DNA of 55,502 bases from a virus: positions 1-55,502 of the IMG/VR virus record IMGVR_UViG_3300038701_001228, one strand, 5' to 3'. Positions 43,312 through 51,888 of this stretch are shown here, one piece after another (positions within the stretch are counted from its first letter, which is position 1; the number at the start of each line of letters is the position of its first letter). Both the position numbers and the translations under genes were made by a program. Below the pieces are notes generated by a model. That model did not search any database. It saw only the letters and a list, made by a program, of their open reading frames with translations, and was not told the DNA's origin.

Positions 43312-45167
43312 CAGTGCGCCTCCCCATAATTTACACCCACGTCCGCCTCGCAGGCAACCGGCAGGTCCGGTGCCCACTTGGGCGCGGTGGACATCACGTC
43401 CATCATGAACGCCTTGCACTCGTCGGCCTGTGCCTCGGGCACCACGCAGACGATCTCGTCGTGGACCTGCAGGGCGACGGGGTAGCGCCGCCCGATCTTG
43501 GTCATCTGCTCAGCCACGACGATACGAGCGACCGCTTGGGTGATGTTCTCCACCATCTTCCCGCCGTAGAGCTTGGTCCACGTGAGCTCCGGGGTCTCCT
43601 CGCCCGCCACCCGGGCCTTGATGAACTTACGGTAGGTCCGCGGGTCGTTGATGTACTCGAACCCGTTGGCGGTGCGGCGCAGGGCCGGGTACCGGATGCG
43701 CATACCGTTGGGCAGGATCAGCCCATCGGCATCGAAGGGGATCAGGTCGCACACCTCGCCCTTCGCCCCGGCCTCCAGACCGTTCAGCGCGTGGTTGCAC
43801 CGGTTCCAGAAGGCTTGGATGCGGTGGTACTTGTTCCTGTACAGGTTGACGATCTGCTGCGCCTCGTGGCTCTCGACCTTCACCGAGATGAAGCCGGTGG
43901 CCAGCGAGTGTTGGAACTTGGCGGCACCCATGCCGTAGCCCAGCCCGAGGATACAGGTCTTGCCGACGTGTCTCTCCACCTTGTCACTCTTGGTGACAGG
44001 CCGCTGGTACACATCGGTGGCGAACTCGGAATACACGTCCCGCCCCTCACGGAAGGACTGCACGAGGTCGTTCTGCCCGGCGAGGTAGGCCACCAGTCGC
44101 GCTTCGATCTGGCTCGAGTCACAGGCCACGACCACGTGGCCGTCGGGGGCAGCCAGCGCCTTGCGCAGCGCACCCCCTCTCGGCAGGTTCTGCAGGTTCA
44201 CCTTGTCCCCGCCGCTGAAGCGACCGGTGTGCGCCCCGTAGTAGTTGAGCATGATAGGCAGCGGCCCGCGCTCGGAGATTTCCAGAAACCGCTTGGTGCG
44301 TGTCTCCTCGATGGTGCTCTTGGTCCCCAGCCGGGCCTCGACGATGGTGCGCACCGCCGCCTTGGGGTGTTCCAGCAGGGCCGTGAACGCGGTGTCGTTC
44401 TTGGCAAAGGCGTAGGTCTGCTTACCCGTGGTCGGGCTGGTTTTCATGGGTGGCTCCACGCCCATCGCCCGCAGCAGATCAGCGAACTTGTTGTTGGACA
44501 TGAGGAACTTCTTGGCCTTCTCCTCACCGCCCAGCTTCTCCAGCAGCTTCCGCTTGCGCTCGTAGATACCTTCGAGGTGGGCGTCCAGCACCACCGGGTC
44601 GAGCTCCAGCTTGGGCTCGGTGTACATGCGCAGCGTTTGGTCAATCACCAACAGCTCCTGCTTTGGGAACTGCCGGGCCATCTTCTTGAACAGGCGGTAA
44701 GTGAGGTTGGTGTCTTGGATGCAGTAGGCGGCGTAGGCGTCCATCTGCTCGGGCGTGAAGTCCCGGCGGCGCATCCCCATGGTGCGCATCACCTCGTCGC
44801 CCTTCTCGCCCAGCTTGTAGTAGGTCGCCAGCGCCTTGAGGCTGCCGCCCACGGTCATCGAGTGCAGGGGCCGGGCCATGCTCAGGGTATCCAGCCACAG
44901 CTTTGGGCGGATGCCGAACTTCCACGAGAGGATCGCTCCGTCGAAGGCTGCGTTGTGGGCGAGGATCGCCTTGTCGCTGTAGTCGATGCCGTGGAGGAAG
45001 CCTCCGGGGTCAGCCCCGGTGTACCAGTCCACCTCTTGGTCGTTGACCTTGACCGAGACACCGACGACCTCGAAGCGGGGGTCACGGATGTATGCCTCGG
45101 TCGTCATCTTGGACAGGCTGTAGTCCCTGTCGTAGTAGGTCTCGAAGTCGATGGTCACGATGTCCAT
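43311..45167 (-). CDS. Family A DNA polymerase with N-terminal 3'-5' exonuclease
   Basis: 618 aa. Exo I IDFETYY, motif A VVACDSSQIEARL, motif B RHVGKTCILGLGYGMG, motif C LQVHDEIV. Confidence 0.9.
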   Translation of the reverse strand: MDIVTIDFETYYDRDYSLSKMTTEAYIRDPRFEVVGVSVKVNDQEVDWYTGADPGGFLHGIDYSDKAILAHNAAFDGAILSWKFGIRPKLWLDTLSMARPLHSMTVGGSLKALATYYKLGEKGDEVMRTMGMRRRDFTPEQMDAYAAYCIQDTNLTYRLFKKMARQFPKQELLVIDQTLRMYTEPKLELDPVVLDAHLEGIYERKRKLLEKLGGEEKAKKFLMSNNKFADLLRAMGVEPPMKTSPTTGKQTYAFAKNDTAFTALLEHPKAAVRTIVEARLGTKSTIEETRTKRFLEISERGPLPIMLNYYGAHTGRFSGGDKVNLQNLPRGGALRKALAAPDGHVVVACDSSQIEARLVAYLAGQNDLVQSFREGRDVYSEFATDVYQRPVTKSDKVERHVGKTCILGLGYGMGAAKFQHSLATGFISVKVESHEAQQIVNLYRNKYHRIQAFWNRCNHALNGLEAGAKGEVCDLIPFDADGLILPNGMRIRYPALRRTANGFEYINDPRTYRKFIKARVAGEETPELTWTKLYGGKMVENITQAVARIVVAEQMTKIGRRYPVALQVHDEIVCVVPEAQADECKAFMMDVMSTAPKWAPDLPVACEADVGVNYGEAH

Positions 45168-45622
45168 CAGTCGTCTCCGATATGGGTGATGGTGACACCA
45201 GCCTCGTCGAACTGGCGGTGGGTCAGGGCGAGGTCGTCCGCCCAGCGGGTGGCGAACTCAGGGGTCGGGTGAGGCCACATCACATGGCTGATCCCGGCTT
45301 GGATCACCAGCGCAGCACACTGGGAACAGCAGGGGTGGGTGACGACGAGGGTGCAGCCCTCAAGCGGTGCCGTTGCGAACATGATCGCGTTGGTCTCGGC
45401 GTGGATGGTCATCCGGTACTTGGTGTTCCGGTCCTTGAGGCGGGCAGGGTCGTCCTTCACCCCACGTGCAAAGCCGTTGTACCCGGCGCTGACGAGTCGG
45501 CGCTTGGGGTCGAAGATCACGGCACCCACTTGGGTGCTCGGGTCCTTGCTCAGCGTGGCGACCTGCCGGGCCATGCCCAGCGCCCAGTCCCGCAGCTTGC
45601 GAGTATCTAGTGGATAATCCAT
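45167..45622 (-). CDS. dCMP (deoxycytidylate) deaminase
   Basis: 151 aa with the zinc-binding motifs HAETNAI and PCCSQC. Confidence 0.8.
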   Translation of the reverse strand: MDYPLDTRKLRDWALGMARQVATLSKDPSTQVGAVIFDPKRRLVSAGYNGFARGVKDDPARLKDRNTKYRMTIHAETNAIMFATAPLEGCTLVVTHPCCSQCAALVIQAGISHVMWPHPTPEFATRWADDLALTHRQFDEAGVTITHIGDD

Positions 45623-45646
45623 TCGCTTCTCCTTATGGTAGTCAGG

Positions 45647-45663
45647 CCCGGCATGGTGCCGGG
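45647..45663. other. 7-bp stem / 3-nt loop hairpin upstream of the dCMP deaminase gene
   Basis: cccggca-tgg-tgccggg is a perfect inverted repeat. Confidence 0.5.
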
Positions 45664-45712
45664 TGTCCGCGCGACCCCGGCGTTTAGCCCACGTCGGTGT
45701 CTATTGGTCTGG

Positions 45713-45745
45713 CCCCCGGCGCTCACCCGCCGGGGGTTTTCTTTT
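45713..45745 (+). terminator. Plus-strand-oriented intrinsic terminator inside the minus-strand arm
   Basis: cccccggcg (45713-45721) / cgccggggg (45728-45736) form a perfect 9-bp stem with a 6-nt loop, followed by ttttctttt on the plus strand only. Confidence 0.6.
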
Positions 45746-45954
45746 CACCCATCGACCGCTCTCCTCAGTTCCTCTAGCGTCCTGCGCACCTGCCAGTCGT
45801 TGCGCTTGGACGAGTTGTTCGCCACGCAGACCATCGGCTGATCCTCGATCTGCACGAAGTAGTGGTCTCGCTTCTTGACCAGTCGCCACGGGACGGGGAG
45901 GGCGGCGATCACTCGCCGCACCCGTTTGTCAATCTGTCGTGGTAGGTCTGTCAT
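45745..45954 (-). CDS. Hypothetical protein
   Basis: 69 aa from ATG 45954. The track start 46011 is an extension into the upstream gene. Confidence 0.4.
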   Translation of the reverse strand: MTDLPRQIDKRVRRVIAALPVPWRLVKKRDHYFVQIEDQPMVCVANNSSKRNDWQVRRTLEELRRAVDG

Positions 45955-46387
45955 CGGTCCCGATCCCCCGTGCTTCAAAGGCGGTGAGAAACGCCAGACA
46001 ACAAGCCGCATGGGCGAGGTGGCTCATACCCGTCTCGGGGTCGTTGTCCTCCCCGCTCCACCACGCTGCCATGTGCCGACGCAGGGCGGCGTAGGGCCGG
46101 CCCCACTTCATGCCCAGTTCCCAGTTACGCTCGCCATACTTGGCTGCCCCGAAGGTCAGCACCTTGGCGATGGCCTCCTCGACCTCCGGCGGGATCAGAT
46201 CATACCGGGCCTTGCCGGTGTCGAACTTCAACCCCTCCACCGGCTCCCGCCAGTTCTCGCTGGCGATCCGGTCGATCAGACCCTGTGCGTAGTCCACATC
46301 CACGTCACAGTTCATCGCCACGTCCTCAGCCGTGGCCTGCCGGTTGGCCAGCAGATACCGCCAGCACCGTTCTTCCGTTGGTGTCAT
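45929..46387 (-). CDS. Putative nucleoside-triphosphate pyrophosphohydrolase-like protein (phage dATP/dGTP diphosphohydrolase-type N-terminal domain)
   Basis: 152 aa from ATG 46387 (SD GAGGAG). From memory, the block FDTGKARYDLIPPEVEEAIAKVLTFGAAKYGERNWELG...RHMAAWWSGEDNDPETGMSHLAHAACCLAFL resembles that family. Confidence 0.4.
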   Translation of the reverse strand: MTPTEERCWRYLLANRQATAEDVAMNCDVDVDYAQGLIDRIASENWREPVEGLKFDTGKARYDLIPPEVEEAIAKVLTFGAAKYGERNWELGMKWGRPYAALRRHMAAWWSGEDNDPETGMSHLAHAACCLAFLTAFEARGIGTDDRPTTTD

Positions 46388-46388
46388 G

Positions 46389-47180
46389 TCACTTCTCCTC
46401 AATCGCGCCGAACCGCTTGCGCAGCTCAATGCTCTGGTTCTTCACGACCTTCTCGATGCGCTCATAGAGGTCCATCGAGTTGGAAGCCGAGCCCCAGATG
46501 TTCACTTCACTCGCTGCGAACATACGGATCAGGTCCGTGCCGCAGTCGCAATCCTTGATTGCTTTGTATAGTATGTCAAGCTCTTTCGGGTCATTCCACA
46601 CCGGTCTATCGACCCACCCGGTAGGCGATGCCCGTTCCTCGGCGATCAGTTTGTCGAAGGCTCCGAGCCGGGCGGCGACCTTCAGCTTGCGCTTCCATGC
46701 CCTGAGTGCAGCGAGCCAGACCTTGCGGTTCGCCTCGTTGACCTTGGGTTTGAACGCCTCATCGGGCTTGGGGTTGAGACACTTGCCGGTGGTCAGGTCG
46801 AACGTGAGGCCGGTGTAGACAATGGGCGAGTTGGTCGGGGTCAACATCCACTCCCAGTTTAACCCGCCGCCATCGTCGAGGTTCTCCCGGTGCTCCACCC
46901 GGTATTTCTTGTACCCGACCCGGGCCCAGCGGAACGGCAGGTTCCGGTTCATCGTGGCGCTGAGGGACTGGGCCACCGCGTAGGATGCCTCCCCGTCGGT
47001 GGTAAACATGAACGTGTTGTCAGGAAGGAACCGCCCGACCTCGTGGTCATACACCCTCACCGCATACTCGTCCCCGTCTTGGAACAACCGCCAGCCTGCG
47101 CCATTCATGGGCCGGCCCTTGGCCTTGTTCCGTGCCTTCTCCATGTGCAGCTGCGCTGCCTTGTAGCTTGAGATCATCAC
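46389..47180 (-). CDS. Hypothetical protein
   Basis: 263-aa ORF with no motif recognised. Confidence 0.5.
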   Translation of the reverse strand: MMISSYKAAQLHMEKARNKAKGRPMNGAGWRLFQDGDEYAVRVYDHEVGRFLPDNTFMFTTDGEASYAVAQSLSATMNRNLPFRWARVGYKKYRVEHRENLDDGGGLNWEWMLTPTNSPIVYTGLTFDLTTGKCLNPKPDEAFKPKVNEANRKVWLAALRAWKRKLKVAARLGAFDKLIAEERASPTGWVDRPVWNDPKELDILYKAIKDCDCGTDLIRMFAASEVNIWGSASNSMDLYERIEKVVKNQSIELRKRFGAIEEK

Positions 47181-47440
47181 TTCACTCCCAGTCGTTTCTT
47201 CGTTGCGGCAGCGACCAGTCGCTCCCGTTGCTCCTCGCCGGTCGGCAGGGCGTCCTTGGCGAACACCAAGGGGGTCACGTCCTGCTCCTCACCGACGTTC
47301 TCCATCTCTGCCCAGCAGTCGCTGCACAGCCACATGCGGCACAGAGGTGCCCATGCCACCTCCTCGGGGTGGTAGCAGGACATCTCCGGTGCGCCCTCGT
47401 GGCAGCTCTCGCACACCGCCAGCAGCTTAGGCAGCCTCAT
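47177..47440 (-). CDS. Cys-rich (zinc-finger-like) small protein
   Basis: 87 aa with CESC...C...C...CSDC spacing. Confidence 0.5.
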   Translation of the reverse strand: MRLPKLLAVCESCHEGAPEMSCYHPEEVAWAPLCRMWLCSDCWAEMENVGEEQDVTPLVFAKDALPTGEEQRERLVAAATKKRLGVK

Positions 47441-48041
47441 CGCAATCCTCCTCGTCTTGGTCCCACTCGTTCGCCTCGATGGTCTCCCACACCGCCTCGT
47501 CGCTGGTGAGGTGGTCGTACTCAGCCTTCAGCTTGCTGTAGAGGTCCTGCATGTAGGACCGCCACTGCTCGATCACGTCATCCTCGAAGTCCTCCATCTC
47601 GCGCTCCAGCTGTCGCTGCCAGTTCTCCACGATCTGCTCGTGGAACTCGGTCGGCTGGTCCACCATGCCGGTGAGGGTGTCGCTGCTCACCCAGAAATCG
47701 GTGCAGTTCTCGTGGTTGTAGCGGCCACGGTGCTTGCACTGGACGTAGAGCCCGCCGCCATGCTCCAACAGCTTGCGGATCATGGGGTATTGGTCCTTGT
47801 GGTGATGGTCGAGGTACTTGAGCGTGTCGTCCAGCGACCCCTCGAAGCAGGCCCCGTCACCCTGCGAGGCGAACCCGCTGAAGAGCATACGCCACACCGT
47901 GATGCCGACGGCCTCCATGTCCTCCTTGAAGTGCTCGTAGACGCAGTCCCACCAGTAGTTGAGCTCGACGTTAATGTAGCGGTGCTTCTCCAGCAGCCGT
48001 TCGCGTTGCGATGAGCTCACCATTTTCTCCGATCCAGACAT
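47427..48041 (-). CDS. Acidic hypothetical protein
   Basis: 204 aa (198 aa if ATG 48023 is used; both have an SD). SGFASQGDGACFEG block and a very acidic C-terminus (EANEWDQDEEDCDEAA). Confidence 0.5.
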   Translation of the reverse strand: MSGSEKMVSSSQRERLLEKHRYINVELNYWWDCVYEHFKEDMEAVGITVWRMLFSGFASQGDGACFEGSLDDTLKYLDHHHKDQYPMIRKLLEHGGGLYVQCKHRGRYNHENCTDFWVSSDTLTGMVDQPTEFHEQIVENWQRQLEREMEDFEDDVIEQWRSYMQDLYSKLKAEYDHLTSDEAVWETIEANEWDQDEEDCDEAA

Positions 48042-48246
48042 GTGCTTCTCCCTTGGCTACGTCCAGCAGGACGGTCTTGAAAAACTCGTTCTCCGTTGCG
48101 TGCAGCTCGGCGTGCTTCGACGCCAAGTCGCGGTCGTTCTCGGCCTTGGCCAGCTGGGCCGTCAGCTTCCTGATCTGGCGCTCTTGCCAGCCGGTCCAGA
48201 AAAAGGCGGCCACAAGGGCCGCCGTCATGATGAGTAGGTCTGTCAT
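47971..48246 (-). CDS. N-terminally membrane-anchored small protein
   Basis: 91 aa with [19 protein letters not shown]. Overlaps the downstream gene by 53-71 nt. Confidence 0.4.
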   Translation of the reverse strand: MTDLLIMTAALVAAFFWTGWQERQIRKLTAQLAKAENDRDLASKHAELHATENEFFKTVLLDVAKGEAHVWIGENGELIATRTAAGEAPLH

Positions 48247-48839
48247 TCAGTGATCTGTCCTGTTTTCTTGAAGCGATAGAGCGCGGTCTCGTATTTGATC
48301 CCGAGTTCTGCCGCTGCATGTTTCAGATACCGCCCATCCGGCATAAGTACTCCGTCCTTTCTCTTGCGCTGATTCTGTGTTTGCTCTTTGCGGGTTGCCC
48401 ACCGACAATTCCACGGGGCATAAGGCCCATCGTTATCGACCCGCTCGATGGTGTGCTGTGGTGTAGGGCGCTGACCCATGTCCTCACGGAACCGTTGGTA
48501 GTCATCGGCCCATTCAGGGCACACCGTGATGCCCCGTCCACCATAGTTGTGGTAGGACAGGTTGGTGGGATCGAGACAACGCCGCTTCATGTTCTGCCAG
48601 ACAACGAACTCTGGCTCCCGCTGCGCACCCCGTCTCGCCCCGCCATGTAGGGTGGACTTCTCGGCAGTGACTTCCGCCCTTAAACAACCACAAGACCGTG
48701 TGTGTCCTGACCTCAGCTTGTCAGATGGTACGATACGCTCGGCACCACAGTCACACATACACCGCCAGTATTTCCCTTGGTGTCGGGCGACGACAGTGAG
48801 CCGCCCGAACTTTTCGTTTGTCAGGTCAATACGATACAT
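48243..48839 (-). CDS. Putative HNH-family / homing-endonuclease-like DNA-binding protein
   Basis: 198 aa with FGRLTVV...WRCMCDCG...SCGC...[13 protein letters not shown]...NCRWAT. From memory this pattern occurs in many free-standing phage endonuclease-like genes. Confidence 0.4.
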   Translation of the reverse strand: MYRIDLTNEKFGRLTVVARHQGKYWRCMCDCGAERIVPSDKLRSGHTRSCGCLRAEVTAEKSTLHGGARRGAQREPEFVVWQNMKRRCLDPTNLSYHNYGGRGITVCPEWADDYQRFREDMGQRPTPQHTIERVDNDGPYAPWNCRWATRKEQTQNQRKRKDGVLMPDGRYLKHAAAELGIKYETALYRFKKTGQITE

Positions 48840-48861
48840 GGTCTAGCCCTCTGGTATGGGT

Positions 48862-49998
48862 TCAGCCCATCATACATACTTCTCCAAATGGAGCCTTGTC
48901 AAGACCTGTAGATACCCAAAGCACAGGGCAGTCGGGTGCGTCACCGAAGTCGTGACAATACAGGTCGGTGAGGAACACGATCCCGGCGGGTTCGATGTCG
49001 TTCTCCTCGATGTATTTGAACACGGGGCTGAAGGCGGTGCCGCCACCGCCACGGGGGTTGAACTCGAACTCGTCGTCACGTGTCAGGGTATCGACGGCAC
49101 AGACCTCGTGGCTGAAGAAGATCATGTGCAGCTTGGACGGCTTGCCGTCCTCGTGAACCACCCGGCACTCGGCACCATACTGGTTCGCCTCGTCTTGGCT
49201 GATCGACCCGGACATATCCACGGCGAACACCAGCTCGCCGAGGACCTCGCCGCTGACAGTAGGCATATACAACCCTTGGCTGAGGAACCGGCGGTTGGGC
49301 CGGGCGAAGCTGCGCTGGTCGTTCTTGGCCTTCTGCACGAACTGGTGCAGTCGTTCACGCCAGTCGACCTTGGGCTTGAGCACCTCGTCCACCAGCCGGG
49401 CCATGTTGGCGCTCATCTTGCCCATCATCTTGGCGGCCTGTGCGGCTTGGGCCACCTTGATCTTCCACTCGGCAGCCTCTTGGGCCTGCTCGGCTTGGCT
49501 GCCCTCGCCGTCCTCGAGGTCGTCGCCGGGTCCACCGGGTCCGTCACCGTCGCCGTCACCATCTGGCAACAGGTTGTAGATACCGTCGCTCGTGCCGCCG
49601 CCGTTGGTGTAGATGTTCTGGTCGAGGCAGCCACCCTCGATGAACTTGCCAATGCCCTCGTCCACCAGCAGCTGGTTGATGACGTAGTCGGCAGCCTTGT
49701 TCCACTTCTTGGGGTCGCGGGAACCGCGGCGGTAGTTGTGCTCCAGCATGGGGTGCAGACACTCATGAGCCACGAGGAACTTGAGCTCCTCGTCGGTGAG
49801 CGGCTCGATGAAGTCGGCGGAGTAGAGGACCCGCTTGCCGTTGGTGCAAGCGGTAGGGGCCCGGCCAGAGGCCCGCAGCTGCTCCTCGAACTCCGGCGTC
49901 ATCAGCTCCATGGGCATGTTGAGAGCCACCGACCCGATGAACGGGTGTTCGAGGATCAGGCTCGTCTTGGCTTTGCTCAGTCGCTTCATCAGGTCCAT
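48862..49998 (-). CDS. vWA-domain protein with an N-terminal HExxH metallopeptidase-like domain (DUF2201 / CobT-like partner of MoxR ATPases)
   Basis: 378 aa with HECLH (LVAHECLHPMLEH) in the N-terminal half and the MIDAS motif VDMSGSIS in the C-terminal half. Confidence 0.7.
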   Translation of the reverse strand: MDLMKRLSKAKTSLILEHPFIGSVALNMPMELMTPEFEEQLRASGRAPTACTNGKRVLYSADFIEPLTDEELKFLVAHECLHPMLEHNYRRGSRDPKKWNKAADYVINQLLVDEGIGKFIEGGCLDQNIYTNGGGTSDGIYNLLPDGDGDGDGPGGPGDDLEDGEGSQAEQAQEAAEWKIKVAQAAQAAKMMGKMSANMARLVDEVLKPKVDWRERLHQFVQKAKNDQRSFARPNRRFLSQGLYMPTVSGEVLGELVFAVDMSGSISQDEANQYGAECRVVHEDGKPSKLHMIFFSHEVCAVDTLTRDDEFEFNPRGGGGTAFSPVFKYIEENDIEPAGIVFLTDLYCHDFGDAPDCPVLWVSTGLDKAPFGEVCMMG

Positions 49999-50171
49999 TA
50001 GTTTTTCTCCTTCTTGCGCTTCACTTTGGTGACGGCTTCCTCCCAGCCCAGATCACCAAGCAACCCGTTGTTAAGACGGGCTTGCTCGTAGTCAGCAATG
50101 TCTGCCGCCTCGTCGATGGTGGCTGCCTCTACCGTACGGTAGAGGGCCAGTTCGATCTCAAACTTAGGCAT
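49998..50171 (-). CDS. 57-aa hypothetical protein (not in the ORF track)
   Basis: Translated by hand: MPKFEIELALYRTVEAATIDEAADIADYEQARLNNGLLGDLGWEEAVTKVKRKKEKN. SD GGGAGGA. Overlaps both neighbours by 1 nt. Confidence 0.5.
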   Translation of the reverse strand: MPKFEIELALYRTVEAATIDEAADIADYEQARLNNGLLGDLGWEEAVTKVKRKKEKN

Positions 50172-51025
50172 CAGTTCAGTCCTCCCATGAAGGCTGCCAT
50201 CTTGGCAGCGATGTCGTTGGCTTCGGTCGCTGCGGTCTCCCGGACCTTGGGGTCGGCCCGCAGGGTGTCGGGCTGGATACCAGCCAGCTTGGCCTCGACC
50301 TCTTGGCGCATGGCCTCGAGGTTGGGGTCCTCCATCACGTTGAGGCGAGGCAGCAGGTCACACAGGTCGACGAGGTGCTCCACGGTGGAATCCCGGAAGA
50401 TCGCCTTGGGGTCGTCCATCTTATCGGCGTAGTGCTTCACCTTGTCATAGAGCCGCTGCCACACGTCCTGCATGGCCTGCTGCCCAGCCTGTTTGACCCG
50501 GGCCTCGACCTCATCGTGGATACGCTCCAGCTCTGCGTCGGCGATGTTCACCCTGAAGTCGTTGTTCGGGACAGGCATGACCTGCATGTCCATCTTGAAC
50601 TTGTCGCCGATCTCGTGAGCCTCGGGGTAGTCGGTCGGCTTGTATGCTGCACCGAGAAACCGCTGCGCATCCACTACCAGCTGGGGGTAGGCCGGCACGA
50701 ACCGGTTGACCAGCGCCTCATACTCGGCCCGCTCTTTGCGGAACTCGGTCATGAAGGCGAGGTAGTTGGCGGTCGGCAGGATTTGGGTGCCCTTCACACC
50801 CCACGGCAGGGTATTGTCGTAGAACCGCTGGCGGATCAGGCTGGCCTTCTTCTTGATGTCATCCAGCAGGTCACACATCGGCAGCAGGCTCTTGTGATAC
50901 CGCCCGGCGTTCTGCTGGACGCCCTTGATGTTGTTGGTCTCGGCGCTGATCTCCTTGTCCAGCTTGTTGGCAGACCAAGTGGAGATGTTGAGTTGCACGA
51001 GGAGGGCACGGTCAGAGAGTTTCAT
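50171..51025 (-). CDS. DUF3150-like protein
   Basis: 284 aa from ATG 51025 (SD AAGGA). The N-terminal block LVQLNISTWSANKLDK and the ~290-aa length match my memory of the DUF3150 family. Confidence 0.45.
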   Translation of the reverse strand: MKLSDRALLVQLNISTWSANKLDKEISAETNNIKGVQQNAGRYHKSLLPMCDLLDDIKKKASLIRQRFYDNTLPWGVKGTQILPTANYLAFMTEFRKERAEYEALVNRFVPAYPQLVVDAQRFLGAAYKPTDYPEAHEIGDKFKMDMQVMPVPNNDFRVNIADAELERIHDEVEARVKQAGQQAMQDVWQRLYDKVKHYADKMDDPKAIFRDSTVEHLVDLCDLLPRLNVMEDPNLEAMRQEVEAKLAGIQPDTLRADPKVRETAATEANDIAAKMAAFMGGLN

Positions 51026-51036
51026 GTTACGTCCTT

Positions 51037-51639
51037 TCACTTCGCTTTGGGGATGGTGGGCAGGTCAGCGCCCAGTTTACGCAGGTCGTCCACCACAGGG
51101 GCAGCGACGGCGGGCAGGAGAGCGTTCTTGTCGCCCTCCTTGGGGATCAGGTGATGCAGCTCAGGCTCGAGCACATCATACAACCGCTTGACGGTCGTCA
51201 CGCTGCGGAGGGTGTTGAACAGCCGGGACTGCACGCTGGAGAGGAGTTCCTCCTGCTCCTTGTGCTTGGCGTAGTAGCCACTGGCGATGATGGCGTCGGA
51301 TATGGCCCCATGCAGAGGGCCAGCGTGGTGGCCCAGCCCGTCGATCCGGATGCAGAGATCACGGCGATCCGTCGGATGGCCGTAGAATTTGTGGTAGCCG
51401 TAGCACCCGCTGCCATCCCGAATCGTCATCCCGGAGTTCCCTTCCCTCAACCTGACGGGGAACGTGTTGAGGTAGGGGCGCTGCTTCAGGTCGTCATAGG
51501 CCATCTGGATGTGCAGCGGCATGTGGTCCCGGAGGACATTCTGCACCACGGCAGCCATCAGGGGGTGGTAGTCGATGTTCGGCACCGAGGCCATCGCCTT
51601 CTTGAGGATCATGTTGCGGATGTCGGTGTTCAGTCTCAT
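51037..51639 (-). CDS. Hypothetical protein
   Basis: 200-aa ORF. Confidence 0.5.
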   Translation of the reverse strand: MRLNTDIRNMILKKAMASVPNIDYHPLMAAVVQNVLRDHMPLHIQMAYDDLKQRPYLNTFPVRLREGNSGMTIRDGSGCYGYHKFYGHPTDRRDLCIRIDGLGHHAGPLHGAISDAIIASGYYAKHKEQEELLSSVQSRLFNTLRSVTTVKRLYDVLEPELHHLIPKEGDKNALLPAVAAPVVDDLRKLGADLPTIPKAK

Positions 51640-51642
51640 GTC

Positions 51643-51888
51643 TCAGTCCTTTCTGAGGGTTGGTGCGGCTCCGGTCAGCCGGAGGAACGCTTGGTAGGTG
51701 ATGAACTGGCGGGGATACTTCCCCGCCAAGAACTGGTCCCATGTGATGGGACGGGTGGTGTAGACCTTGTGCTCGGTGTAACTCATACGCGCACGCTGCC
51801 ACTCACCGGTGAGGGCGAACATTTCATCACCGGTGACTCGCCCGGTGATGCGTAACCACCGGGCAAACGTGGGGCCTTTGGCCGTCAT
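51643..51888 (-). CDS. Hypothetical protein
   Basis: 81-aa ORF. Confidence 0.45.
   Translation of the reverse strand: MTAKGPTFARWLRITGRVTGDEMFALTGEWQRARMSYTEHKVYTTRPITWDQFLAGKYPRQFITYQAFLRLTGAAPTLRKD

Noticed and set aside
45647-45663. 7-bp stem / 3-nt loop hairpin as an N4-type virion-RNAP hairpin promoter
   Set aside because: There is a single occurrence, no recognisable virion RNAP, and the location is mid-operon rather than at the genome end carrying the first early genes.
45929-46387. Z-genome (2-aminoadenine) or other base-modification pathway suggested by the dNTP pyrophosphohydrolase-like gene
   Set aside because: No PurZ-like adenylosuccinate synthetase homologue, DatZ-like HD phosphohydrolase or other modification enzyme is recognisable anywhere in the window.
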